Shown: piece by piece, positions 1-9,446 of the stretch
How positions within the stretch are numbered: position 1 is the first letter of the stretch
How the letters are laid out: every line of letters starts with the position of its first letter
Assembly: GCA_964614945.1 (NCBI GenBank)
Contig: CAZTNW010000003.1
Location: 72,838-136,837 of the forward strand
Length of the DNA: 64,000 bases
Direction of reading: 5' to 3'
Origin: an uncultured bacterium
GTDB lineage: Bacteria > Caldisericota > JANLFM01
The notes under the pieces: generated by a model
What the model was told of the DNA's origin: nothing
Database searches by the model: none
The model's input: only the letters and a program-made list of their open reading frames with translations
Position numbers and translations under genes: made by a program

Positions 1-193
1 TTTTACATTCGGCGCAATACTTGGCCAGGAATGGCTGATCCGCTGGCTGGCATCCCAAGCAGGCCCAATCCTTAGCTGAATACTTACCGTCCGATAAAGA
101 TTCGGCTAACTGCTCCAGCTCTGATGACTGGTAATCGCTTGTTCCTTTATAAGCGCGGCATTCCTGGCAATTAATTCCGCAATATCCTAACAT
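1..193 (-). CDS. Cys-rich small protein (CxxC...CxxC, possibly DUF3795-like); start codon inside window, 3' end runs off the window start
   Basis: Minus-strand ATG at 191-193 preceded by AAGGGAGAGAGGG RBS; translation MLGYCGINCQECRAYKG...CLGCQ...CAECK stays open to position 1; absent from ORF track because no stop lies in the window. Confidence 0.5.
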   Translation of the reverse strand, partial: MLGYCGINCQECRAYKGTSDYQSSELEQLAESLSDGKYSAKDWACLGCQPADQPFLAKYCAECK

Positions 194-207
194 GCCCTCT
201 CTCCCTT

Positions 208-1125
208 CTAGCGAGAAAATAAAACGCCCAAATTACGGGGCAGCACTTCAAGGTAATCAAGCAAACCGATTTGTTCCAGCTTGCCAGCAGTTTCCGCGGC
301 CAGCTCCTCTCGAGACGCTCCTTTCAGCAGTAATTCCGTCTCTGATTCATCGAAAGTTGCCCGGTCTTCGATCCTATTTTTAAAGGCTTGATTTTGCGGG
401 CAGGACAGTTGGCATTTCATACACCCTACCGGGCAATGATGCCAGGATGGATCCAGCCATGCGGGAAAAGCTTCGGTATCTTCGTTGAGATAGGTCAGGC
501 ATCTCTCAGCATGAATTAAAAACCGGTCATTGTGTATAGCCTTGGTCGGACAATTTTTTTCGCAAGCTCGACAATATTCACAGGCTTCCATGGTGCCTGG
601 TTCAAACCATGGTCCCTCGGCTGCGGGCCAATCGGTGAAAAAACCCTTGAGCCGAAAAAAACTACCCAAGCCTTCAATATAGGAGATATTATTCCTACCA
701 TATTGAGCCAAGCCGCAAGAAACCGCCAACAATTTCAAGGGGAGTACTATCTTTCCGGTCTTGTAACCATGCGGGTTCAGGACTTCTTCCAAAACAGCTC
801 GTACCTGAGCGTCCGTATGGTAAGAATAGGTCGGCGGGATAATAAAGGCATGTAATTTCCTTTTCCACCTAAAGGTCACCCGTATTTGGGGTTGAGGGGC
901 TGCTGTAATGATTATCGATTTTGCCTGTGGCAGTTCCTTGGACACAGTGAATCTGAATTGAGCCAGCCACTTGCGGTAGAAAACCTCATCCAGATACCCT
1001 CCCTGGCGTTTTCCTTCAATTTTCTTGCGCAGATCGGTCAAATGCCGGATGGATGTTGCTCTGGCCTTGATATTATGGCTCTCAAGTCTTGCATAAAGGG
1101 CCTCCGACAAATTATCTTTTTCCAT
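208..1125 (-). CDS. queG: epoxyqueuosine reductase QueG-like protein with two 4Fe-4S motifs (short form, no C-terminal HEAT region)
   Basis: ORF 208..1158; two CxxCxxCxxxCP motifs (CEYCRACEKNCP, CPVGCMKCQLSCP); blocks PQAKSIIITAAPQP, SYHTD, RCLTYL match my recollection of B. subtilis QueG; GGAGG RBS favours ATG at 1123-1125 (MEKDN...) as start. Confidence 0.6.
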   Translation of the reverse strand: MEKDNLSEALYARLESHNIKARATSIRHLTDLRKKIEGKRQGGYLDEVFYRKWLAQFRFTVSKELPQAKSIIITAAPQPQIRVTFRWKRKLHAFIIPPTYSYHTDAQVRAVLEEVLNPHGYKTGKIVLPLKLLAVSCGLAQYGRNNISYIEGLGSFFRLKGFFTDWPAAEGPWFEPGTMEACEYCRACEKNCPTKAIHNDRFLIHAERCLTYLNEDTEAFPAWLDPSWHHCPVGCMKCQLSCPQNQAFKNRIEDRATFDESETELLLKGASREELAAETAGKLEQIGLLDYLEVLPRNLGVLFSR

Positions 1126-1265
1126 TTTCCCTCCTCTATTCATCGATTTAACACCCAAAAAATAAGCTTGTTGTTGACGTGCCTATGTTAACTGGCTAAA
1201 ATGTCTTTATAAGTTATGTTATTATAATCAGACTAACCTGTCAAGTATGTTTAAAGGGTTATATT

Positions 1266-1904
1266 ATGAATGAGATTAAGACAACCGTAGAGGATATCGG
1301 CTTTATCGGCGGCCGCTTGAGTCTAGATTTTACTAATACGATCGAATGGCGAGGACGTGATAACCCAACAGAATTACTGCTGAATTACCAGGACCTTATA
1401 ACTTGGAGCCAACGTCAAGCCATCCTAACCGATCAGAAAGCGCATCAGTTGCTTAAAATTGCCAATAGGCAAACGGACTTAAGCTTTTCAGTTCTAAAGC
1501 GGGCTATTGTCTTGCGCGAAGCTCTGTACCATATTTTTTCCAATATCATTCGGTGTCAGCAGCCCAACCAAACCGACTGGGACATCTTTAATCGGGAACT
1601 TTCTTCAGCTATGGCTCAGTTTCAGGTTCTACCGACTTCCGGTGGCTTTAAATGGGGGTGGACGGCTAAAGAGAATCAGTTAGACCAGATGCTCTGGCCA
1701 ATTGTCCATGATGCTGCGAAATTGCTCACCTCCGAGCTGCTGCCCAGGTTAGGCGTGTGCGCGGATAAAAACTGCGCCTGGCTTTTTTTGGATACCAGCA
1801 AAAGCCACAAGCGTCGCTGGTGCTCCATGAGTGATTGCGGCAATCGGGCCAAAGCCCTACGCCATTACAAACGAAACCGCCTGAATAAAGGGAAAAAGGA
1901 ATGA
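1266..1904 (+). CDS. CGNR zinc-finger (ABATE-domain) protein, putative stress-responsive regulator
   Basis: C-terminal CxxC...SMSDCGNRAKALRHYKRNR matches the CGNR zinc-finger signature; N-terminal ABATE-like region. Confidence 0.75.
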   Translation: MNEIKTTVEDIGFIGGRLSLDFTNTIEWRGRDNPTELLLNYQDLITWSQRQAILTDQKAHQLLKIANRQTDLSFSVLKRAIVLREALYHIFSNIIRCQQPNQTDWDIFNRELSSAMAQFQVLPTSGGFKWGWTAKENQLDQMLWPIVHDAAKLLTSELLPRLGVCADKNCAWLFLDTSKSHKRRWCSMSDCGNRAKALRHYKRNRLNKGKKE

Positions 1905-2021
1905 ACAATCAGGCCGCAATTGTTAATTTGGCCAGTTTTCCCACAGCCGGGATCGGAGCGTCTCTCGGTGGTCAGCCTGAGGGCACAGATACGGCCTTTC
2001 TTAAGCCCTGGCGCGACACTC

Positions 2022-3065
2022 TCAATCTATCTCCCCTTCCCCGGGAATGCCTGGGATATCTTCATAGTACTTTCTCAGCAAGACAAGGATTCTCGTCGTC
2101 CAATCGTACAAGCGGCTCTCTCTTTCTCTCCAATCGGTCGATAATGGCAAGAATGCTATAGAATTCGGCCTTGGCCCAAAGTCCCAGTACCCTTGTGCGT
2201 TTCTCTGCCGCCAAATCCAGTCTATTGATGGCTGGGCAAAATGCCTCCAGGTTGGAAAAAGTCGAGCCAGCATCTCTAACGAAGCCAGCCAACGATCAAC
2301 CTCCCCTGCCTTCATGGGAGGTTCGCGGTTCAGCGAGACTTTCAGGTAGCCTATTCCATATGGCTTTTCCCAGATCCAACGAAGCAATGCTCTCTCAAGC
2401 TCTCTGGATATCGTCCCGGGGACTGAACCGAGGATATTGAGTTGATACTTACCGTTGAGGGCAAGATAGCTGTCCTTCACTGTAACTCCTGTTAATTCTG
2501 CATGCGCCTCTATTTCATCCCTTTCACTGTACTCCCCTGATTGAAATACCCTTCTGGCAATCGCGTGCCATAGTTTCCTGTCCTTGTTCAAAAGAGGGTG
2601 CTCTGGATGGATGAGCGACAGAGTGGAAGCGAGAAACAGCCGCTCCCCCATTTTCCAGCGGTCATTCTTTTCGGGACGATCGGGAAACACTATTGCGCCT
2701 TGCATGATATCGAGGATATAGGCCGAGGCCTGGCACAAGACAGGATCAGATGCGTCTAATCCTAAGGCTAAGGCACGCTCCACACCTACTTCCGTTGAGG
2801 CTACTTTCTGCTTCAATCGGCTACTCCTGGAGTGAAAAGCGCCCCAGCCACCATCTGCCCATTGTTCATCAGCCAGATCCTGGACGCATCGGCTCCGCTT
2901 CAGATCATCTTTCGCCTTTTTTAATTCGGGAGATTCCGGAGCTAACCTCAGCACATCCCGAAGCAAGCGGTAGCGCACCACAGAATCAGGATTGTGCTCC
3001 ATTATTCTAATTGCTGTATCTTCAACGATGCTAATCATCCAGCCCTCCCTGCCAATGACTAACAC
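2022..3065 (-). CDS. hypothetical protein with QW-like motifs (EQWADGGWG, AQGYWDFG)
   Basis: 347-aa ORF, non-repetitive composition; motifs resemble prenyltransferase/terpene-cyclase alpha-alpha toroid repeats but assignment is weak; true start may be an internal Met. Confidence 0.5.
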   Translation of the reverse strand: MLVIGREGWMISIVEDTAIRIMEHNPDSVVRYRLLRDVLRLAPESPELKKAKDDLKRSRCVQDLADEQWADGGWGAFHSRSSRLKQKVASTEVGVERALALGLDASDPVLCQASAYILDIMQGAIVFPDRPEKNDRWKMGERLFLASTLSLIHPEHPLLNKDRKLWHAIARRVFQSGEYSERDEIEAHAELTGVTVKDSYLALNGKYQLNILGSVPGTISRELERALLRWIWEKPYGIGYLKVSLNREPPMKAGEVDRWLASLEMLARLFPTWRHFAQPSIDWIWRQRNAQGYWDFGPRPNSIAFLPLSTDWRERESRLYDWTTRILVLLRKYYEDIPGIPGEGEID

Positions 3066-3575
3066 ACTGTAGCAGCAAAGTCAGGGGAGCCAGCTGCAGA
3101 CCGACGGAGCCGCAAGCAAGTATCTCTGTCTGTGAGTCAGCCTCAAAACTGTAGCTAACTGGTATCTTAAGACAATCTCGAAAGCTACCCCGAGCTGACC
3201 AATAATCTCTATCTTGCCTCTAAGGTCCAGAGCCAACCCTCCTCATCGGAAAAAACAATATCCCGGAAGGGGGTCGAGGTCAAGACGGAGAAATGGCCGC
3301 AATGCCAGCCAGCGACTTCATCTTCCTTGGGTGACGGGAAACCCTCCCGAAAAAAACACTCGGTCCATCAGCACCGAGTGCTGTCACGCTGAAGGCTCTC
3401 GTCGCCTTGACAGGCTCCGAGTCGCGGATTTATGCTTTCTCACGATGGCTGGATGGGACCATTGAGGCGAAAACGCCCTCCTTGGACGGGCACAGCCAAA
3501 AGGAAGCTCATATCTTCCCACTTCAGGAAAATGTGAGCCCTGTGTGATACTGTCATTTCTGGAGGAGAGACAACC

Positions 3576-4997
3576 ATGAAAATGCTCTTGGGCAGCGAGT
3601 GGGTGGATCGCGATAAAAAGATCGAGGTCCGAGACCCCTTTGACAATTCCTTAATCGATACGATTCCACGCGCCACCGTTGAGGACGTGGATGTCGCCAT
3701 GTTCGCTGCAACCAAAGGTTTTGAGGTCGCTCGTAAGCTGACGGTCTACGACAGGGCACAGATCCTGGTTAAGACCGCCAGAATCGTGGAAAACCACCTC
3801 GAGGAGTTCGCCCAAACGATCGCCAGGGAAGGCTCCAAGACCATTCGTGAGGCCCGTAAGGAGGCACGGCGGTGCGTTAATACCCTCACGATTTCGGCCG
3901 AAGAGGCCAAACGCATCCAGGGTGAGACCATTCCTTTCAGTTCCTTCCCTGGGGGGGAGAAACGCCGTGGTTATTACGAAAGGGTGCCCATCGGCGTGGT
4001 GCTGGCGATTACGCCCTTTAACGATCCCCTGAACCTGGTCGCCCATAAGTTGGGCCCGGCCGTTGCGGCGGGGAATTCAGTGATTCTCAAGCCGGCCACC
4101 GTCACGCCGCTTTCGGGCATCAAACTTGTCGAGGCCTTCATGGAGGCTGGCCTCCCGCCTCTGGTCATGCAGGTGATTACTGGTTTTGGAGGCGAGATCG
4201 GCAATGCGATGATTGCCGATCCTCGACCGCGCATGATTTCCTTTACAGGAGGCCTTGAAGCGGGATTGCGCATCACCAAGATTGCCGGCCTAAAAAAGAT
4301 CGGGATGGAGCTGGGATCCAATTCGCCTGTTATCGTTTGGCGAGACGCGGATCTTGAGTGGGCCGCGGAAACTTGTGTTTCCGGCGCTTTCTGGGCAGCA
4401 GGTCAGAACTGTATCGGCGTTCAGCGCATCTATATTCATCAAGACATCTACGAGCCCTTCAAGGAGCGTTTCATGGAGATTACACAGGGATACAAGATAG
4501 GCAACAAGCTGAACGAAGATACAGATATGGGCCCCATGATCAGCGAGGGCGAGGCCAAGAGGCTGGAAGGCTGGATAAAGGAAGCCGAGAATTTAGGAGC
4601 CAGAGTTCTAACAGGAGGGGGTCGCATGGCTGCACTTCTCGAGCCGACGGTCCTGGAGAACGTACCGAAAAAGGCAAGAATTCATAAGGACGAGGTCTTT
4701 GGCCCCACCGTCAACCTTTACCCGGTGTCTGACGCGGAGCAAGCCTTAACAGAGGCCAACAGCGTCGATTACGGCCTTCACGCCGCCCTGTTCACCCGTG
4801 ACATGGACATGGCTTTCAAACTGGCTTACGGCCTGGAGTGTGGCGGAGTGATAATCAATGACTCCACCGATTATCGCCTGGACTCCATGCCCTTTGGCGG
4901 TCTTAAAAACTCCGGCCTCGGCCGGGAGGGTATCAAGTTCTCCCTCCAGGAAATGACCGAACCCAAGGTCATCTGCTGGTATTTGCCGAAATCATAG
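3576..4997 (+). CDS. NAD(P)-dependent aldehyde dehydrogenase family protein
   Basis: 473 aa; ALDH hallmarks: catalytic Cys context AAGQNCIGVQR, ELGSNSP glutamate motif, FTGG; GGAGG RBS upstream of ATG. Confidence 0.9.
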   Translation: MKMLLGSEWVDRDKKIEVRDPFDNSLIDTIPRATVEDVDVAMFAATKGFEVARKLTVYDRAQILVKTARIVENHLEEFAQTIAREGSKTIREARKEARRCVNTLTISAEEAKRIQGETIPFSSFPGGEKRRGYYERVPIGVVLAITPFNDPLNLVAHKLGPAVAAGNSVILKPATVTPLSGIKLVEAFMEAGLPPLVMQVITGFGGEIGNAMIADPRPRMISFTGGLEAGLRITKIAGLKKIGMELGSNSPVIVWRDADLEWAAETCVSGAFWAAGQNCIGVQRIYIHQDIYEPFKERFMEITQGYKIGNKLNEDTDMGPMISEGEAKRLEGWIKEAENLGARVLTGGGRMAALLEPTVLENVPKKARIHKDEVFGPTVNLYPVSDAEQALTEANSVDYGLHAALFTRDMDMAFKLAYGLECGGVIINDSTDYRLDSMPFGGLKNSGLGREGIKFSLQEMTEPKVICWYLPKS

Positions 4998-5094
4998 AAT
5001 GACCGCGATCGACTCCCTCCCTGCTTATATATCTCCGTTTGATCGAGAAAAGAGGGCCTTAGCGTCGTTCAGCGGGTAGTCAGGCTGGGTTCGC

Positions 5095-6255
5095 CTAATT
5101 CATCTGCAGGCGACGGAAAAGCCAGGTACCAGCGGCGAAAAAAAGCACCGTCAATATGAGCAGGGCGGCTAACTCAAAAGCTATCCCGTTCAAGCCTACT
5201 CCAAGATTTAGTACTTTGTTAAGAGCCGTTACAGCATGGCTGGTCGGCAGAAAATCAAACAGTCGAATAGCACGCTCCCCGACATTGAACAGCGGCGGTG
5301 AGGGTACAGGGAAGACGGCACCGGATAAAAACAGTAGCAACAACAAAGGGAAATTGGCAATCACGGCAGCGCGTCCGACCGTACGGGAAAAACAGGCAGT
5401 GATCAATCCTGCCCCGATCGCCGCCGTGGCCGCCATGACACTGATAACGATTGCCAGGACTAAAGAACCAACATAATGATAGCCGAGCGTAATGGCCACT
5501 CCGAAGCTGAGTAATACCGATAACAAGCTAAAGCAACTGTACACCAGGCTTATCCCGCCCATCAGATCGAACGAGCTCATTCTGGTTAGCTTTAGCCGGT
5601 GCAGTGCACCGCTTTCAATCTCCCGTGAGACAGCGATAGCTACAGAAAATATAATCATAGTCAGTGCCGCTACCAGTAAACCGGGTACATAGTTATCAAA
5701 ATCCCGTCTTATAGTTGTGTCTCCAATAAATTCTTCCTGGAGGTTAAAGGGTATTTGCTGTCCTGTAGCCTCCACCACATAGTTTTCCAACTCTGAGACA
5801 ATGAATACGGCAGCTACTACGTAATATGGATGCCCTTGATCACCCATCACAACGGCAGAAGCTTCGGCTGACATTGTGCCGCCGTTATCGTGTACCCGCT
5901 GGATTTCCCGGGTATAACCGGCTGGGAAAATAACCACCGCTACGGCCTGGCGGTCCTTTAGTTTTGACTCGGCCACAGCCTGGGAGTCTAATATTTTAAC
6001 TCGAAGCACAGGTGTACCATCGGTATGTTTCAGGTCGACCAGACGACCAATCACTTCTTCACTGCAATGTTGTTCAATACCGTTTACCTGGTCGTTATTT
6101 ACCACCATTACATCCAGAGGAAGGGCAGCGCCGCTGCCCATGAATATCCAGTAGAGTATGATAAAAAGAGGCGCCAGGGATATGGACAGGATGAGATCCC
6201 ACCTGCTGCGCATCTGCTCTCTAAATGTTTTAACGCAAATCTGCCGCAGTTTCAT
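5095..6255 (-). CDS. ABC-2 family transporter permease
   Basis: 386 aa; N-terminal TM helix, large extracytoplasmic loop, C-terminal cluster of about 5 hydrophobic helices; 4-nt overlap with upstream ATPase gene. Confidence 0.8.
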   Translation of the reverse strand: MKLRQICVKTFREQMRSRWDLILSISLAPLFIILYWIFMGSGAALPLDVMVVNNDQVNGIEQHCSEEVIGRLVDLKHTDGTPVLRVKILDSQAVAESKLKDRQAVAVVIFPAGYTREIQRVHDNGGTMSAEASAVVMGDQGHPYYVVAAVFIVSELENYVVEATGQQIPFNLQEEFIGDTTIRRDFDNYVPGLLVAALTMIIFSVAIAVSREIESGALHRLKLTRMSSFDLMGGISLVYSCFSLLSVLLSFGVAITLGYHYVGSLVLAIVISVMAATAAIGAGLITACFSRTVGRAAVIANFPLLLLLFLSGAVFPVPSPPLFNVGERAIRLFDFLPTSHAVTALNKVLNLGVGLNGIAFELAALLILTVLFFAAGTWLFRRLQMN

Positions 6256-7211
6256 TCGCGTAATCTCCGACCGGTCAGGGCGATAAAGACATCTTCCAGT
6301 GTATTGCCGCGTAATCTGATATCGCCGTGTTTGATACCAATGTCGTTAATCCTCCGGGTGATAGCTGGTAGCAAATCGACAATTCCAAGTGCTCTCATTA
6401 CCAGTATATTGTTTTGCAGGGTAACATTATTAACAATGCTTTTGATTGCCCGGCAGGCGTTCTGCGACAGATCGCCGTTGTTCAAATCTATCTCCAGGAC
6501 ATCTCCCTCACCTAAATTACGCCTCAATGCATTGGGAGTATCCAGCGCCAGTAGAGCCCCGTGGTCTATAATAGCCACCCGGTCGGCCATGCGGTCTGCC
6601 TCATCCATATTATGGGTAGTCAGGATAACAGTGTGTTCTTTATTGGATTTAGCCCAATCCCGTACGTACTCGCGTACCAGCACCCGGCTTTGCGGGTCAA
6701 GCCCTGCCTCAGGTTCGTCAAGGATCAGCAACTTTGGATCATGCATCAACGCTAATGCCAGATTGAGTCGCCGCTGCATACCACCCGAAAGCGTTGCGGC
6801 TAGCTTACGGCGCTTTTCCGTAAGATGAAATATCGCCATCAGGTCTTCGGCGCGTTGCCGGCACATCTTTCGGGGCAGGTCATACATTTCCCCGATGAAG
6901 ACAAGCTGCTCCAGGCAGGTCTGTTTGGGCCAGATTATAATATTTTGCGGACATAGACCGATATCGCTTTTCATCGATTGTTCGAGCGGCTTATCATTAA
7001 AGAAAATGCTACCGCTATCCGGTTTGAGCAGGCCGCACAGCATTGAGATAGTCACTGTCTTTCCAGCACCATTGGGGCCAAGAAGAGCCAGGATTTCACC
7101 GCTTCTGATATCCAGGCTGAGTTCGTTGACTGCCGTGACGTCTCCGAAACGCTTGACCAGTCTTTCGGCTTTTAAAATACACGATACCTTGCCACTAGTT
7201 ATTGGCATCAC
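6252..7211 (-). CDS. ABC transporter ATP-binding protein
   Basis: Walker A GPNGAGKT, ABC signature LSGGMQRR, Walker B LLILDEP. Confidence 0.9.
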   Translation of the reverse strand: MMPITSGKVSCILKAERLVKRFGDVTAVNELSLDIRSGEILALLGPNGAGKTVTISMLCGLLKPDSGSIFFNDKPLEQSMKSDIGLCPQNIIIWPKQTCLEQLVFIGEMYDLPRKMCRQRAEDLMAIFHLTEKRRKLAATLSGGMQRRLNLALALMHDPKLLILDEPEAGLDPQSRVLVREYVRDWAKSNKEHTVILTTHNMDEADRMADRVAIIDHGALLALDTPNALRRNLGEGDVLEIDLNNGDLSQNACRAIKSIVNNVTLQNNILVMRALGIVDLLPAITRRINDIGIKHGDIRLRGNTLEDVFIALTGRRLRE

Positions 7212-7212
7212 T

Positions 7213-7917
7213 TCATCCCTTTAAAGCACTTTCAATAAAAGCCATAAGATTATCCAGAATACGTTCCCGGGCCATGTTTTCATCCGTAAGCTGATAATAC
7301 GTGTTTAAATGTGGCAGTAACTGTGCATCATAGACGGCAATGACCAGTGAATTTACCAAGCGAGCCATTGCCTCAAGGTCGATATCGGTGCGTATTTCAC
7401 CGCGTGATTGCGCCGCTATTAGAATGGATCTGGTCATATCCAACATTACTTGCGCTATGGGTCGTACTATTCTTTCCGTGAGAGCTGGCTCGCCTTGATA
7501 AGCGGCGCGGGTAAAATATCGAATATAACCCTGGTACTCCTTGTCCATTTCATCAGCACCCCGAAGATAGGCTCGCAAAGCATCGAACAGCGGCATTCCT
7601 GTCAAATAAGGTTTGAAATGGGTAAACGCCGCGACCATTTGCCTCGTAGTGATTTCAATGGCGAAGTCAATCAACCCCTGGCGATGGTTGAAATACTGAT
7701 AGAGGGAACCCACAGATACACCGGCTCGTCGCGCCACCTCCTTAATATTGATTAGAGCCGGGCCTTTAAGAGCGGCTTCTTCAAGGATGCTGTTAACGAT
7801 GGATTCACGCCGCGAAGGTTCAAGGCGGAAGAAAGTAGTGGTGATGATACAACTCTTTTGTAAATCGGCAAGTAAGTCTAAATTAAGAAAAGTATTTATC
7901 GATGGATATGAACTCAT
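7213..7917 (-). CDS. TetR/AcrR family transcriptional regulator
   Basis: 234 aa; N-terminal HTH INIKEVARRAGVSVGSLYQYFNHRQGL typical of TetR; directly upstream of and co-directional with the ABC exporter genes. Confidence 0.85.
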   Translation of the reverse strand: MSSYPSINTFLNLDLLADLQKSCIITTTFFRLEPSRRESIVNSILEEAALKGPALINIKEVARRAGVSVGSLYQYFNHRQGLIDFAIEITTRQMVAAFTHFKPYLTGMPLFDALRAYLRGADEMDKEYQGYIRYFTRAAYQGEPALTERIVRPIAQVMLDMTRSILIAAQSRGEIRTDIDLEAMARLVNSLVIAVYDAQLLPHLNTYYQLTDENMARERILDNLMAFIESALKG

Positions 7918-7946
7918 GGTTCATATAATATGAACCATGAGTTCAT
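7908..7946. promoter_or_regulatory. perfect 39-bp palindrome (two 19-bp arms around one central base), candidate TetR operator overlapping the TetR start codon
   Basis: ATGAACTCATGGTTCATAT-A-ATATGAACCATGAGTTCAT read directly; TetR ATG (7915-7917 on minus strand) lies inside the left arm. Confidence 0.6.
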
Positions 7947-8028
7947 AAGTCAAATAGGCTTTCTTTCTGATAAGACTCTCAGGTCATTCATGATTTATTG
8001 GAAGCAATACTTGGAACTTTCTGGAAGT

Positions 8029-8892
8029 CTACATTTTACAAGCGACAACGGCAAACTCTGTGCTCTCCGGGTCAAACGGCGAGCCCGCAACATCCGAGTA
8101 GAAACACTCCACCTTGAATCCGCATTCCAGGAATTCCTTCTCCAGGTCTTCCGGATTGAAATACTGAAGCCAGTTGTAAACAGTCCGGGTGAGATTAGCT
8201 TCTATGATAGTATACTTGTCAAGTATTATCTTTTCCTTTTCATACTTGAAAGTATTTAAAAATCCATAGTATTTATTCGCAGACCAGAAGTTATTTAAAA
8301 GGTTGGTTTCATACATCGCAGTTTCTTTCCGCTGCTCGAATGCTTTCAGTGAATATACATCCAGAAGAACAAACCCTCCGGGTTTTAAAAAACTGTGGAA
8401 TTTAGACAACATTTTATTTCTTTGAGATGGGCTGAGCGCGCAGAAGTCACACATAATCATTAGGATTAGTTCAAACCGGTCATCGGTTTCATATTCCAGG
8501 TAGTTCTGATTGAGATACTTGATGTGTAGTTTCTCTTTACTCGCTACCTCTTGTGCGTACTCAATTGACCTTTTTGAAAAGTCTATTCCGGTTACCACTG
8601 CCTGCTTTCTAGCCAGTCTAGTTGTATATAGTCCTGGGCCGCAACCAAAATCAGCAATCTTTGTTCCAGCACCGATGTTGAATCGAGAAACTATCCAATC
8701 TACCGACTTTTCAATGAATGTTGTCTTACGTGATGAGATATCAATTTCGCCATTCAGGTGGAAGGACAACATCTGTTTTGAGGTGTGATCATCAGTCCAG
8801 AGATCACTTGCTGTATAGAACTCAAATGGTTTAGGACGCGTGTTTATTTTTTCAAGCTCTTCAAACATATGTCTCCATCTTAATACACTCAA
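8029..8892 (-). CDS. class I SAM-dependent methyltransferase
   Basis: 287 aa; motif I DFGCGPGLYT; gene is visibly AT-richer than its neighbours. Confidence 0.85.
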   Translation of the reverse strand: MSVLRWRHMFEELEKINTRPKPFEFYTASDLWTDDHTSKQMLSFHLNGEIDISSRKTTFIEKSVDWIVSRFNIGAGTKIADFGCGPGLYTTRLARKQAVVTGIDFSKRSIEYAQEVASKEKLHIKYLNQNYLEYETDDRFELILMIMCDFCALSPSQRNKMLSKFHSFLKPGGFVLLDVYSLKAFEQRKETAMYETNLLNNFWSANKYYGFLNTFKYEKEKIILDKYTIIEANLTRTVYNWLQYFNPEDLEKEFLECGFKVECFYSDVAGSPFDPESTEFAVVACKM

Positions 8893-9095
8893 TTGTGTCT
8901 GTGAAATATCTTAACAAAGTGGCTGCTACTTTCCATTCACTTAAACTGATACTTTGTCCACCAAGCGACTGTCTTTACTTACGGAAAAGCTAATCTCTGG
9001 CTGCAGTGTAATTCCACGGCGTGTTATTCCTTGTATAACTTTCGAATCACCGGATTGCACCTAATAGTGGATAAAGCCGGCATATACAAAGCCTT

Positions 9096-9399
9096 TTAGC
9101 GGCTGCTTCCAAATTCCGGGGCATTGGTGGTGATTTCGATGGCGAAGTCAAGCAAACCCTGGCGATGGTTGAAATACTGGTAGAGTAAACTCACAGATAC
9201 ACCGGCCTGTCGCGCCACTTCTTTTATATTGATCATGTCAGCCCCTTCAGGGCAGGCTTCTTCGATGATGCTGGCAACGATGGCTTCCCGCCGCGAAACC
9301 TTAAGCCAAATGAAAGTGGTGGTTATAATCCCACGCTGTTGCAGGTCAGTGAGCAAGACCGGGGTCAACAAAAGTGTTGCTTGCGGGATATGAATTCAT
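9096..9399 (-). pseudogene. truncated, frameshifted paralog of the TetR regulator 5' region (HTH domain only)
   Basis: ORF 9096..9371 translation (...IITTTFIWLKVSRREAIVASIIEE...INIKEVARQAGVSVSLLYQYFNHRQGLLDFAIEITT) aligns to residues about 20-90 of the intact TetR; ancestral ATG at 9397-9399 is out of frame and runs into a stop; homology ends near 9128. Confidence 0.7.
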
Positions 9400-9430
9400 G
9401 ATTCATATCATATGAACCTTAGGTTTATAT
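9390..9430. promoter_or_regulatory. degenerate copy of the TetR operator palindrome
   Basis: ATGAATTCATGATTCATATCATATGAACC... matches the left arm of the 7908-7946 palindrome; right arm diverged. Confidence 0.45.
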
Positions 9431-9446
9431 GTCGATTTCACTATTA

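Noticed and set aside
192-383. Plus-strand 63-aa ORF at the QueG 3' end
   Set aside because: Overlaps, on the opposite strand, two minus-strand genes with clear homology and RBS; no recognisable protein features.
3066-3575. Possible cobalamin, TPP or SAM riboswitch in the long leader
   Set aside because: None of the conserved core sequences I can recall (B12 box GCCACTG, TPP CTGAGA, etc.) are present.
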